This document shows positions 24,857 through 25,112 of a stretch of 25,112 nucleotides of DNA, piece by piece. How positions within the stretch are numbered: position 1 is the stretch's first letter; each line of letters opens with the position of its first letter. The position numbers and the translations under genes were made by a program. The notes below the pieces were generated by a model, which worked only from the letters and a program-made list of their open reading frames with translations, had not been told where the DNA came from and searched no databases. This DNA comes from a virus: IMG/VR virus record IMGVR_UViG_3300032893_001950; one strand, given 5' to 3'.

Positions 24857-25112
24857 ACATCCACGACGAGCCAGAAGTCCCGGGGCTACCCAAGTCGCCG
24901 GAGCCCGATGTCACCGACCCGCGTGCGGTCAACATCCTGAATGTCTGTGAAGTAGATCCAATCAAGTTTGCCATGTGGGTCAATTATAACCTGGAGGGGC
25001 TCCGTCTGCCCCGCCCAGGCCCAAATGGCGACGTCACGGGTGGCATGATTGCCCCATTCCTAGCAGAGCTTTCCAACCGGGTGCAGTTTGCTACCGAGTT
25101 GTATAACACCCT
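24853..25112 (+). CDS. hypothetical protein, 3' partial (runs off window)
   Basis: ATGA overlap with the previous stop. No stop codon in frame to the end of the window (MNIHDEPEVPGLPKSPEPDV...). Confidence 0.45.
   Translation, partial: MNIHDEPEVPGLPKSPEPDVTDPRAVNILNVCEVDPIKFAMWVNYNLEGLRLPRPGPNGDVTGGMIAPFLAELSNRVQFATELYNT

Noticed and set aside
1-25112. CRISPR arrays, rRNA, integrase, transposase or capsid/tail genes
   Set aside because: No direct-repeat/spacer periodicity and no recognisable motifs for these classes anywhere in the window.

Overview
The window is a high-GC (about 60-65%) segment in which every credible gene lies on the + strand, with short or overlapping intergenic gaps (ATGA, TAATG and GTGA stop/start overlaps) and Shine-Dalgarno-like sites. 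This layout is typical of a large dsDNA phage or similar bacterial mobile element; the minus-strand ORFs in the track are mirror artefacts of GC-rich coding DNA. Recognisable genes are an ATP-dependent DNA ligase, a class II (B12-type) ribonucleotide reductase interrupted by a LAGLIDADG intein at the catalytic NPC|GE site, a divergent adenylosuccinate-synthetase (PurA/PurZ-family) enzyme translationally coupled to a DUF2829-like small protein, a possible gp32-like SSB, a bacterial-type RecA, and a PD-(D/E)xK Hjc-like nuclease with an N-terminal Zn ribbon. RNA features are a tRNA-Pro(UGG) and a complete one-piece tmRNA (acceptor stem with a G3:U70 pair, tag peptide ANDNVDVGFPALRAA) preceded by a strong intrinsic terminator. 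The most unusual protein is an 853-aa homolog of the eukaryotic major vault protein (MVP repeats, ETxDH shoulder domain and a coiled-coil cap helix). Other unusual content: a paralogous family of at least five small proteins combining a C-x3-4-C...C-x2-[CH] zinc ribbon with histone-H1-like Lys/Ala/Pro-rich tails; a protein with six PPPPPPP-type polyproline tracts; and a roughly 740-nt ORF-free region with a recurring GTAGTAG motif. Lower-GC islands (about 50% GC) carrying small hypothetical genes interrupt the high-GC backbone. No integrase, CRISPR array, rRNA or obvious structural (capsid/tail) genes are visible in this window.
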